From assembly GCA_035548935.1 (NCBI GenBank), contig DASZRZ010000063.1:1-38777 (forward strand): a DNA stretch of 38,777 nt, given 5' to 3'. The translations under genes and the position numbers were made by a program. This stretch comes from Terriglobales bacterium. GTDB taxonomy: Bacteria; Acidobacteriota; Terriglobia; Terriglobales; Acidobacteriaceae. Of this stretch, positions 17,566 through 25,796 are shown piece by piece (the stretch's first letter is position 1; each line of letters opens with the position of its first letter). Below the pieces are notes generated by a model. The model saw only the letters and a program-made list of their open reading frames with translations, made no database searches and was not told the DNA's origin.

Positions 17566-18480
17566 ATGGATTTCGATCAACTTACGACCTTCGTTGAAGT
17601 CGCCAAGCTGGGCAGCTTCTCCCGCGCCGGAGAAAAGGTATTCCGTTCGCAGTCGGCGGTGAGCGCTCAGATTCGGCAACTGGAGGAGGCCTACTCGGAA
17701 AAGCTGCTGGACCGCAGCGGCAAGTCCGTCCGCCTTACCCCTGCCGGTCAGGTGATGATGGACTACGCCGTTCGCCTGCTGCGCCTGCGTGACGAATCAC
17801 TGCGCGCCGTCGCCGACCAGTCCACCACGCCGCGCGGAATCCTGATGATTGGCGCCAATGAGGCCACCTGTCTGTATGTGCTGCCCGAGGTATTCGCCGA
17901 ATATCACCGGCTCTATCCCGAGGTGCAGATCAGCATCTACCGCAACTTCAGCCGCAAAGTTTTACAGCGCCTCGAAGAGGGTTCGGTCGATGTAGGCATC
18001 GTCACCATGCCCGTGAAATCGCCGAGCCTGAAGGTGCAGGCCATCTACCGCGACCGCCTGATGCTGATGGTCAGCACGGAAAATCCTCTCTCGCAGCGCA
18101 AGAGCATCCGCATGGAAGAGATCGCAGGCCAGCCGCTTATCTTCCCCAAGACCGGATTCACCCGTCAGCTGCTCGACAAATTCTTCCGGCCTTACCGCTC
18201 GCAGTTGCGCATCACCATGGAGCTGCCCAGCGTCGGCATGATCAAACGCTTTGTTGCCGCCAATCTTGGCGTCTCTCTCATCAGCGAAGGATTCACGCAC
18301 GACGAGGTGCAGTCCGGCGAGGTCAAGGTCATCGAGATCGAGGACGTAAAGCTCTGGCGGGAGCTTGGCGTGGCCTACCGCCGAGACCGCAGCCTGCCCG
18401 CCGCGGCGAAGGCTTTCGTTTCGCTGGTGCGCAAGCGCAACGTTCTCGGCTCGGCTTCGGCGCGCTCCGGCGGAGACTGA
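17566..18480 (+). CDS. LysR-family transcriptional regulator, divergent from gltBD (GltC-like arrangement)
   Basis: It has the N-terminal wHTH (LTTFVEVAKLGSFSRAGEKVFRSQSAVSAQIRQLEE) and a LysR substrate-binding domain. It is 304 aa. Confidence 0.9.
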   Translation: MDFDQLTTFVEVAKLGSFSRAGEKVFRSQSAVSAQIRQLEEAYSEKLLDRSGKSVRLTPAGQVMMDYAVRLLRLRDESLRAVADQSTTPRGILMIGANEATCLYVLPEVFAEYHRLYPEVQISIYRNFSRKVLQRLEEGSVDVGIVTMPVKSPSLKVQAIYRDRLMLMVSTENPLSQRKSIRMEEIAGQPLIFPKTGFTRQLLDKFFRPYRSQLRITMELPSVGMIKRFVAANLGVSLISEGFTHDEVQSGEVKVIEIEDVKLWRELGVAYRRDRSLPAAAKAFVSLVRKRNVLGSASARSGGD

Positions 18481-18488
18481 GAGTCCTC

Positions 18489-19073
18489 TCAGGAAGCCTG
18501 CGCAGCCATCTTCCTTCGCAACTGGATTTCGCGCAGTAGTGCGTCCAGCGCCTCGCCTGCGATCTTCAACGTGCCTTCATCCACCAGCCGTCCATTGACG
18601 ATTTTGTCTTTCACCCTGGGAATCGTCACATCCGGCCACACCAGCACCCGGGTCATGGTCGCACTCAGCGTCTGCCGGATTTGCGCCTGCGCCCTCGCCC
18701 CGCCCAGCATCCCCGGCGACGAGGTGATAATCAGGGCGTCTTTCCCCTTCAGTGCCGCCTGGTTGGCGGGCCTCGAAGCCCAGTCGAGGGCATTTTTCAA
18801 CACCCCCGGAATTCCATAGTTGTACTCCGGCGAAACGATCAGCAGGCCGTCGCTGGAGGCAATACTGCTTTGGAAATTCTTAACCGCATCCGGCCTCTGC
18901 TCACCATCCATGTCGCCGTTATAGAGCGGCAAATCCGGGCTGAGGATGTTGACCGTGGCGCGCCCTGTCAGCGCATCCTTCAGCGTTAGCAGCACCGCTG
19001 TCGAATACGACTCCCTCCGGAGACTGCCTGAAATTCCGGCAAGCTGAATGGTGCCAACTTCCGCTTCATCCAA
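18489..19073 (-). CDS. NAD(P)H-dependent FMN reductase (ChrR/YieF-like flavodoxin-fold)
   Basis: Motifs are LAGISGSLRRESYS, LLIVSPEYNYGIPGVLKNALDW and ITSSPG..GG. It has a TTG start with AGAGAGG 7 nt upstream. Confidence 0.85.
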   Translation of the reverse strand: MDEAEVGTIQLAGISGSLRRESYSTAVLLTLKDALTGRATVNILSPDLPLYNGDMDGEQRPDAVKNFQSSIASSDGLLIVSPEYNYGIPGVLKNALDWASRPANQAALKGKDALIITSSPGMLGGARAQAQIRQTLSATMTRVLVWPDVTIPRVKDKIVNGRLVDEGTLKIAGEALDALLREIQLRRKMAAQAS

Positions 19074-19090
19074 GTTTGGACCTCTCTTTC

Positions 19091-19120
19091 GATTGCCCTG
19101 CCCGATTGCCCTGCCCGATT
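19091..19120. repeat. 13-bp tandem repeat, 2.3 copies (gattgccctgccc x2 + gatt)
   Basis: Read directly. It begins 18 nt upstream of the FMN-reductase start, in the divergent spacer shared with the response regulator. Confidence 0.85.
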
Positions 19121-19351
19121 AACTTACTTCATCATATTCGAGCAACCAGTCGTGCACCCATCAAGCACCCCGGGCCTTCACCTTTTCTTCCCATTTCCGG
19201 ATTAACCTGCTTTTCACCGATCCGTAACATCCCATTAACAACTCCTTCCTACACTGCACTTGTTTTGCCAGATTCAAATTTTCCCCAACACGATTTCCAG
19301 AAGCCAGGCCTGCCTCCTCTCGCAGACCGCGGCAACAGGTGGACAACGGAA

Positions 19352-20056
19352 GTGAAGCAGACGATCTACTTGGTCGAGGACAATCGCGATATCTGCCTGC
19401 TCCTGAAATTCAACCTGGAGCAAGCTGGATACAACGTCGAGTATTTTGCGGACGCGGGTACAGCCTTGCTCCGCTCCAGGGAGCTGGCTCCCGCCCTATT
19501 CCTGTTGGATATCATGCTGCCCGGACGGAATGGCCTCGACCTTTGCCGCGAGCTCAAGGCCAAACCGGAGATGGCGGAAGTTCCCATCATCTTCATCACG
19601 GCCAAAACCTCCGAGCAGGACCGCATCCGCGGCCTGGAACTGGGAGCGGACGACTACATCAGTAAGCCCTTCAGTCCTCGTGAAGTCGTGCTGCGGGTCA
19701 ACGCCGCGTTGCGGAGAGTTCGCGGCGTTCCACGCCCATCCTTTTTCAGCTTTGGTGATGTGGAGATCGATCCTTCGGCAATGACCCTGCGGGTTCGGGG
19801 AGTGGAATGCAAAACTACCACACTGGAGTTCCGTATTCTGGAAACGCTTGCCCGATCCCCGGGACGCGTCTTCAGCCGCGACCGGCTGCTCACATTGGCA
19901 AGCGGGGCGGACCGTGAGGTGGGACCACGAGCGGTGGATGTCTACGTAAGCCGCATCCGCGAAAAGATCGAGCCCGATCCCTCCCACCCCGTGTATCTCA
20001 AAACCGTTCGCGGCGCTGGCTATCGCTTTGTTCTGGGCGAACAAGCGGAAAAGTAA
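19352..20056 (+). CDS. OmpR/PhoB-family response regulator (receiver + winged-helix), with no cognate kinase adjacent
   Basis: The receiver domain has IYLVEDN, LFLLDIMLPGRNG and DDYISKPF. The wHTH has LEFRILETLARSPGRVFSR and YLKTVRGAGYRF. There is no in-frame ATG upstream, so GTG 19352 (VKQTIYLVEDN) gives a canonical 234-aa protein. The track ORF from TTG 19076 adds 92 non-homologous residues. Confidence 0.85.
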   Translation: MKQTIYLVEDNRDICLLLKFNLEQAGYNVEYFADAGTALLRSRELAPALFLLDIMLPGRNGLDLCRELKAKPEMAEVPIIFITAKTSEQDRIRGLELGADDYISKPFSPREVVLRVNAALRRVRGVPRPSFFSFGDVEIDPSAMTLRVRGVECKTTTLEFRILETLARSPGRVFSRDRLLTLASGADREVGPRAVDVYVSRIREKIEPDPSHPVYLKTVRGAGYRFVLGEQAEK

Positions 20057-20070
20057 GCGCTCACCGTCTG

Positions 20071-21411
20071 CTATGGCGGCGCTATCCAGGGATACTTCGC
20101 CTCAAGTTCCACGGGAACGGAATTACTGCGCACGACCGCCTTGTACACCTCCGCGCTTGGCCGCATGCGGCGCTGTTGCAGCTCTGCATCCAGCGCATAC
20201 AGACCGAAGCGCAGCCCCCATCCTTCGCTCCATTCAAAGTTGTCTGTCAGGGTCCAGTGAAAGTACCCGGCAACAGGGAAACCCTGCGCCGTCAGTTGCT
20301 GCACCCGCCGCAGTGCGGCGATCAGGAATGAGGGACGCAAACGGTCGCTGGCATCCGGAACCCCATTCTCCAGAATGTAAACCGGCTTCCCCAGCGGCGA
20401 CGCCTCTTTTACCGCCAACGTAATACCTTCGGGATAAGCCTCTCCATAGGGCCAGTCTGTGCCCTGATCTCCCTGTGGCACATGCTCGGGAATAAAAAGG
20501 TTGGCAAAAAGGAACTCCCTGTAGCGGAGATCGAAGGCAACATGCACCCGGTTGTAGACATTCAATCCCACAAAATCCGCCGTGCCCCGGGCTTCACTCA
20601 CATCGCCGGTAAAGGCGCGCAGGGTGATCCCCGCATCTCCATCGGCAATAATGCGGAAAAAGGAGCGGTTAAAAATCTCATCCAGCAGGCGGCAAAGCAT
20701 GCGGTCGAGAAAGGAGCGGCGGTTCGCCGGTGCAAAGACCAGATAGTTCTGCGCCCACCCTACCCGCGCCTCTTTCTGGACACGGTGAATCGCCCGGTAT
20801 GCGCGGGCGTGCCCCCGGGCCATGTTGGCCAGCGCCAAAATCGCCGGGCGGAACTGGCCCTTGTGTCCGGGCGGAAAGTCGCCTAATTGGTACCCGAGCG
20901 TGCAGAATACGTTGGGCTCGTTGATCGTCACCCAATCAGAACAAAGGTCCCCGAGTTCGCCCACTATGCGCGAGGCGAATTGCGCAAACAGGCCGGGTGA
21001 ATCCGGAGCGAGAAACCCTCCCCGCTCCTCAAACCATGCGGGGTGCGTGAAATGGTGCAGCGTTACAAAGGGACGCAGCCCGCGGTCGCGCAACCCCTTG
21101 AGCATCGCCCGGTAGCGTTGCACGGCATCGTCCTGCCAAACCCCGGGACGCGGCTCAATCCGGCTCCAGTCCACCGACAGGCGTAGAGAATTCAAACCCA
21201 GGTCTTTTGCCAGATCGAAGTCCTGCTCGGCATTGGCCCACCACTCGCAAGCCCGGCCCCGCGTGTGCCCCGACCGGATTCGTCCCGCCTTCTCCCACGC
21301 CACCCACTGGCTGTCAGGATCGCCCTCCTCCACCTGATATGCCGATGTCGAGACACCCCAAAGAAAATCTTCGGGAAATCTCTCCTCCTGCTGCCGCTCT
21401 GGCTGTTCCAT
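20071..21411 (-). CDS. Glycoside hydrolase family 1 beta-glucosidase
   Basis: It has FLWGVSTSAYQVEEG, TINEPNV (acid/base Glu) and YILENG (nucleophile Glu). The start is taken at ATG 21411 (MEQPERQQ...). The track start at 21480 adds 23 residues. Confidence 0.9.
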   Translation of the reverse strand: MEQPERQQEERFPEDFLWGVSTSAYQVEEGDPDSQWVAWEKAGRIRSGHTRGRACEWWANAEQDFDLAKDLGLNSLRLSVDWSRIEPRPGVWQDDAVQRYRAMLKGLRDRGLRPFVTLHHFTHPAWFEERGGFLAPDSPGLFAQFASRIVGELGDLCSDWVTINEPNVFCTLGYQLGDFPPGHKGQFRPAILALANMARGHARAYRAIHRVQKEARVGWAQNYLVFAPANRRSFLDRMLCRLLDEIFNRSFFRIIADGDAGITLRAFTGDVSEARGTADFVGLNVYNRVHVAFDLRYREFLFANLFIPEHVPQGDQGTDWPYGEAYPEGITLAVKEASPLGKPVYILENGVPDASDRLRPSFLIAALRRVQQLTAQGFPVAGYFHWTLTDNFEWSEGWGLRFGLYALDAELQQRRMRPSAEVYKAVVRSNSVPVELEAKYPWIAPP

Positions 21412-21574
21412 GGGGGAATGCTTCCTGACTGCCGCAAAAGCCCGAGTGTAGCACTCACCATCCCGGGAGCTGCCCACCATTAACCTGAGGAATCAATGGT
21501 TTACTGACTCAATCTGCTCACCATCTGTCACCGGATATTCATCTGTTTTTGATCATCCTGTAATCTTGGTGCAC

Positions 21575-21580
21575 TAAAGT
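21575..21580 (+). promoter_or_regulatory. TAAAGT -10-like hexamer 6 nt upstream of the ATG at 21587; candidate leaderless promoter
   Basis: The sequence is gcacTAAAGTcggtgcATG, with no Shine-Dalgarno. Confidence 0.3.
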
Positions 21581-21586
21581 CGGTGC

Positions 21587-22375
21587 ATGCGCGGATCAAG
21601 TTTTGATACCGTCATCGTCTCCGACCTTCACCTGGGAGCGGAGCTCAGCCGGGCGGATGCCGCTCTTCGTCTGCTTAAATCCGTCGAGTTCCGCAGGTTG
21701 ATTCTGCTGGGGGACATCTTCAGCGATCTGAACTTCCGCCGCCTCAAAAAGCAGCACTGGCACTTTCTTTCGTACATCCGCAAACTCTCGAATCCCAAGC
21801 GCAAGATCGAGGTGGTCTGGGTGGAGGGTAATCACGACCTGGGCCTCTCCCAACTGATGTCGCATCTGGTTGGAATCCCGGTTTACCAGCACTATCGCTG
21901 GGACTATGCTGGGGTTTCCCATTTGGCAATTCACGGCCATCAGTTCGACAAGTTCACAGGAGGTAACCCCCTTCTGTGCCGTTTGGGTGAAATGTTTTTC
22001 CTGCAAATGCAGCGCATGGATCCACGCGGTAAAAGTCTGAGCCGTTTTATCGACCGGGCAAATTCCCGCTGGCTGCGGCTCAGCAGCAAGGTGGAGCAGG
22101 GAGCTTTGGCTTATGCCCGGGAACATGGCATAGACCGGATCTTCTGCGGACACACTCATGCCGCCGCGCATGCCTTTCAGGACGGCATCCTTTACTGCAA
22201 CTCCGGCTCATGGGTCGACGAGCCTTGCACCTTCATCGGAATCGACCAAAAGGGAGTAGGAATATATGAATTCGAATCCGGAACTGACCATCGTGATACC
22301 AGCGAGGAACGAACACTTGCTCCTGCCACGCCTCCTGGACTCCATAGCCCGGCAGGATTACCCATTCTTGCGTGA
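21587..22375 (+). CDS. Calcineurin-like metallophosphoesterase, LpxH (UDP-2,3-diacylglucosamine hydrolase)-like
   Basis: The motif series is VSDLHLG, GDIFSD, EGNHD, IHGH and CGHTH. The last roughly 36 codons overlap the next gene and look non-conserved. Confidence 0.75.
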   Translation: MRGSSFDTVIVSDLHLGAELSRADAALRLLKSVEFRRLILLGDIFSDLNFRRLKKQHWHFLSYIRKLSNPKRKIEVVWVEGNHDLGLSQLMSHLVGIPVYQHYRWDYAGVSHLAIHGHQFDKFTGGNPLLCRLGEMFFLQMQRMDPRGKSLSRFIDRANSRWLRLSSKVEQGALAYAREHGIDRIFCGHTHAAAHAFQDGILYCNSGSWVDEPCTFIGIDQKGVGIYEFESGTDHRDTSEERTLAPATPPGLHSPAGLPILA

Positions 22376-22985
22376 AACCAGGGTTCTGATCGCCGATGCC
22401 GCCTCCACCGACGGCACGCCGGAAAGAGCTCTGGAATTCTCCGGACGCCTTGCGGTCAGCATCATTCCCGGAGGTCTGCCCTCCGTTGGACGGAACAACG
22501 GCGCCCGCCTGTCGAATTCGCGCTACGTCCTGTTCATTGATGCCGACATGGAGCTGGCCGACCCAACCTTGATCCGCCGCTCCGTCGAGAAGATGAACCG
22601 CAAGTGCCTGCACCTGCTCACCACCAACATCTGGTGCGGTCAGGGTAGCTTCAAGGACAATCTGCTCTACCTCGGCAACGATATTGCCCAGATCGGCTCC
22701 CGCCTGATGAAGCCGTTCAGCACCGGAATGTTCATGCTCTTCGACCGCCGCCGCTTTACGGAGCTGGGTGGATTTCACGAAGGCGCTCTCTATGCCGAGG
22801 ACTACCTGCTGAGCAAGCAGGTGGCCCGACGCCGCTTTGGAATCGTCCATGGACGGGTGCTGACCACCAACCGCCGCTTCCGGAAGATGGGACACTGGAA
22901 CATTGTGCGCCTCTTTCTGCGCACCGCCGTCAACACATGGAACGATGCCTACTTCCTCCAGGACCATCACTACTGGGCCGCCTAA
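22266..22985 (+). CDS. Family 2 glycosyltransferase
   Basis: It has TIVIPARNE, ADAASTDGT and the DxD motif (FIDADM). GGAGTAGGA lies upstream of the ATG. Confidence 0.8.
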   Translation: MNSNPELTIVIPARNEHLLLPRLLDSIARQDYPFLRETRVLIADAASTDGTPERALEFSGRLAVSIIPGGLPSVGRNNGARLSNSRYVLFIDADMELADPTLIRRSVEKMNRKCLHLLTTNIWCGQGSFKDNLLYLGNDIAQIGSRLMKPFSTGMFMLFDRRRFTELGGFHEGALYAEDYLLSKQVARRRFGIVHGRVLTTNRRFRKMGHWNIVRLFLRTAVNTWNDAYFLQDHHYWAA

Positions 22986-23005
22986 CCGCTCACTCCGGGC
23001 CTTAA

Positions 23006-23049
23006 GGAAGACGCGTTGGGTAGGAAGATGCGTTTGGGTAGGACGCGTT
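23006..23049. repeat. 17/18-bp tandem repeat, about 2.5 copies (ggaagacgcgttgggta / ggaagatgcgtttgggta / ggacgcgtt)
   Basis: Read directly, in the GT2-ppk1 spacer. Confidence 0.8.
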
Positions 23050-23126
23050 CCGGCGGTAAATTCCTCCTCCTGGTGTTACCCTTACCAGCGAGGGTCGCTT
23101 TTTACGCTGTATTAACAAAGAGCCTC

Positions 23127-23132
23127 TAAAAT
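23127..23132 (+). promoter_or_regulatory. TAAAAT -10-like hexamer 12 nt upstream of the ppk1 ATG
   Basis: The sequence is ctcTAAAATccctcctgcaccATG. The leader is pyrimidine-rich and has no SD. Confidence 0.25.
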
Positions 23133-23144
23133 CCCTCCTGCACC

Positions 23145-25259
23145 ATGGCCCCGATTAATAGTCCTGCCTACTACTTCAATCGCGAATACTCCTGGTTAGA
23201 CTTCAACCGGCGGGTGCTGGAAGAAGCCGAGAACGAGCACAACCCCCTGCTCGAAAGGGTTAAGTTCCTGGCCATCAGCGCCAGTAACCTCGACGAATTT
23301 TTTGAGGTGCGTCTGGCCGCGCTTCTACAACAGATTGAAGACGGCTATTCCGATACCGGGCCCGACGGCCTCTCTCCCACCGCACAGGCCGAGGCCATCG
23401 GGGAAAAGACCCACGAACTGGTCCGCCAGCAATATCGCTGCTGGAACGAACTGCTGCGGCCCCGCCTGGCCTCCGAGCGGATTCGCGTGCTCTCCCTCAA
23501 CGAACTGGATACCGAGGCGCGCGCTTTCGTGGACCAGTATTGCGCCCGCGAACTTGACCCCCTATTGACCCCTGTCACAGTGGATCCGGCGCATCCCTTT
23601 CCCCGGGTCATCAACAAGGCGCTCTGTCTCGGGCTGCTGTTGCGGCGAAAGCGCCGGGCATCCACAACCTACATGGGAGTGGTTACCGTCCCCCGTTCGC
23701 TGCCGCGCCTGATTCGCCTGCCCTCTGAGCGCGGATTCGACGATTACATCTTCCTTGCCGACCTGGTGGCTCACCATGCCAACCGCATGTATCGCGGCTA
23801 TGAGATTCTTTCCGTCGCGCCCTTCCGCGTCACGCGCAACAGCAATCTCTATCTACAGGAAGAGGAATCGCGCAACCTGCTGGAGTCCATCACCTCCGAA
23901 CTGCATAACCGGCGCAAGGGCGATGCTGTGCGCCTTGAAATCGAAGCCAACGGCAACGGTGAGGTGGTGGAGCATCTGCGCAACAACTTCGAGTTGCAGG
24001 AATGGCAGGTCTTCCGCACCAACGGTCCCGTGAGCCTGGCGCGCCTGCGCCACATCTACGAGCAGAGTGAGCGGGTCGACCTCAAATACCGTAACTTCAC
24101 CCCGCGCGACCTTCACCTGAACTCAAAGCGTAGCGACATCTTCGAAGAACTACGGAACCGTGACGTGCTGCTGCATCACCCCTTCGACTCCTACGATCCT
24201 GTGGTTCGTTTTGTCGAAGCGGCGGCGCAGGACCCACAGGTACTCTCCATCAAGCAGACGCTCTACCGCACCAGCGACGAATCGCCGATTATCCAGGCGC
24301 TGCTCGACGCCGCGGGCCATAAAGAGGTCACGGTTGTGGTGGAGGTGAAGGCCCGCTTCGACGAAGCCCATAACATCCGCTGGGCCCGCAACCTCGAAGA
24401 TGCCGGAGTTCAGGTCTTCCATGGTCTGGTCGGGCTCAAGACTCACTGCAAAATGTGCTTGCTGGTTCGCAAGGACCCAGACGGAGCCACGCGAAGATAT
24501 CTCCACCTCGGCACCGGAAATTACAATCCCGTGACCTCGCGCTTGTACACGGATTTGAGCCTGCTCACCTCCAACGAAGAGCTGACCCGCGCCGCCAACG
24601 ACGTGTTCCACTTTCTGACGGCCTATGCCGAACAGCCGGACTACTCTCCCCTTCTGGTCGCGCCCGTGGATATGGCCCAGAAGCTGCTGGGACTGATCGC
24701 CCGCGAAACCGAGCACGCCCGGCGCGGACGCCCCGGCAGGATCATCGCGAAGATGAACGCCCTGCTCGATAAGAGCATCATTCAGGAGCTTTATCGCGCG
24801 TCGCAGGCGGGAGTGGAAATCGACCTCATCGTACGCGGCATGTGCGCGCTTCGTCCCGGCGTCCGCGGCATCAGCAGCCGCATCCGTGTCCGCAGCGTCG
24901 TCGGCAGGTTCCTGGAGCACAGCCGCATCTTTTACTTTGGCAACGGAGGAAACGACGAGGTCTGGCTTGGCAGCGCCGACTGGATGCCTCGTAACCTTTA
25001 CGAACGAGTGGAGGTGCTTTTCCCCATCTCAGACCCGATGCTGCGTCAACGTATCGAGCAGGAGATTCTGCCCGCCTACCTTGCCGACAATAGTAAAGCG
25101 CGGCTCCTGCGCTCCAATGGAAACTACGTTCACGCTCCGCGTATCCGGGGGCAGCAACTGTTCGACGCACAGGAGTTCCTGATTGCGTTGTCCGAGGGCA
25201 ATGCCCGGGAGATTCCGGTGCTCACTCGAAAAGCAAAACTTGTAAAAAAGGGTGTTTAA
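23145..25259 (+). CDS. ppk1: Polyphosphate kinase 1
   Basis: It has the N-terminal signature YFNREYSWLDFNRRVLEEA, SNLDEFFEVR and two PLD-like C-terminal domains (HCKMCLLVR... / HSRIFYFGN). It is 704 aa. Confidence 0.97.
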   Translation: MAPINSPAYYFNREYSWLDFNRRVLEEAENEHNPLLERVKFLAISASNLDEFFEVRLAALLQQIEDGYSDTGPDGLSPTAQAEAIGEKTHELVRQQYRCWNELLRPRLASERIRVLSLNELDTEARAFVDQYCARELDPLLTPVTVDPAHPFPRVINKALCLGLLLRRKRRASTTYMGVVTVPRSLPRLIRLPSERGFDDYIFLADLVAHHANRMYRGYEILSVAPFRVTRNSNLYLQEEESRNLLESITSELHNRRKGDAVRLEIEANGNGEVVEHLRNNFELQEWQVFRTNGPVSLARLRHIYEQSERVDLKYRNFTPRDLHLNSKRSDIFEELRNRDVLLHHPFDSYDPVVRFVEAAAQDPQVLSIKQTLYRTSDESPIIQALLDAAGHKEVTVVVEVKARFDEAHNIRWARNLEDAGVQVFHGLVGLKTHCKMCLLVRKDPDGATRRYLHLGTGNYNPVTSRLYTDLSLLTSNEELTRAANDVFHFLTAYAEQPDYSPLLVAPVDMAQKLLGLIARETEHARRGRPGRIIAKMNALLDKSIIQELYRASQAGVEIDLIVRGMCALRPGVRGISSRIRVRSVVGRFLEHSRIFYFGNGGNDEVWLGSADWMPRNLYERVEVLFPISDPMLRQRIEQEILPAYLADNSKARLLRSNGNYVHAPRIRGQQLFDAQEFLIALSEGNAREIPVLTRKAKLVKKGV

Positions 25260-25262
25260 TCT

Positions 25263-25796
25263 TTGATTATTTATTTTGTTCGCCACGCCAGCGCGGGCCC
25301 GAAAAAATCTACCGAACTACAGGACCGCCGCCGTCCGCTCGACCCCGAGGGAATTCTGCAATGCACCACCATGGGCCGCTGCCTCTCCACACTGGAGGCC
25401 CACGTGGATATCATTCTCTCCAGTCCGCTCAAGCGCGCCACCCAGACCGCATCGCTCATTGCCAATGAAATTGGGCACGACGGAACGCTTCTGACCGACG
25501 CCGCTCTCGAGCCCCAGGCCCAGTTCGATGCCTTCCGCCGCATGCTGCAAAAATATTCCCGAATGGAAGCCATTATGGTTGTGGGCCACAACCCGAGCCT
25601 GAGCCAATTTCTCAGCCTGCTCATCAGCGACCAGCAGAGTGAATCTGCCATCGACCTTAAAAAAGGAGCGGTCGCGCGCGTCGATCTTGCCGGCAGAAGG
25701 CCGGCCAGCCTTGCCTGGTGTGTAACTCCGAAGATCGTGCGCGCAGTCTACGAGAGCACCGGCACCAGCTCGCGGCCAAAGACCTCGCGGAAGTAG
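25263..25796 (+). CDS. sixA: SixA-like phosphohistidine phosphatase (histidine phosphatase superfamily)
   Basis: It has the FVRHA catalytic RH motif, SSPLKRATQTA, VGHNPSLS and LKKGAVA, all paralleling E. coli SixA. The TTG start lies 4 nt after the ppk1 stop. Confidence 0.8.
   Translation: MIIYFVRHASAGPKKSTELQDRRRPLDPEGILQCTTMGRCLSTLEAHVDIILSSPLKRATQTASLIANEIGHDGTLLTDAALEPQAQFDAFRRMLQKYSRMEAIMVVGHNPSLSQFLSLLISDQQSESAIDLKKGAVARVDLAGRRPASLAWCVTPKIVRAVYESTGTSSRPKTSRK

Noticed and set aside
19076-19351. A 92-residue N-terminal extension of the response regulator (track ORF starts at TTG 19076)
   Set aside because: The extension is Pro/Ser/Leu-rich with no homology to receiver domains. It would begin 3 nt from the divergent FMN-reductase start. 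GTG 19352 gives the canonical length.
22233-22970. A 245-aa minus-strand ORF antisense to the GT2 glycosyltransferase
   Set aside because: The plus-strand gene has an RBS, the DxD motif and a GT2 N-terminus. The antisense frame has none of these.
23087-23104. A possible terminator after the GT2 gene (AGCGA-GGG-TCGCT followed by TTTTT)
   Set aside because: The stem is only 4-5 bp and too weak to call with confidence. It may still contribute, but the sequence alone does not support it.
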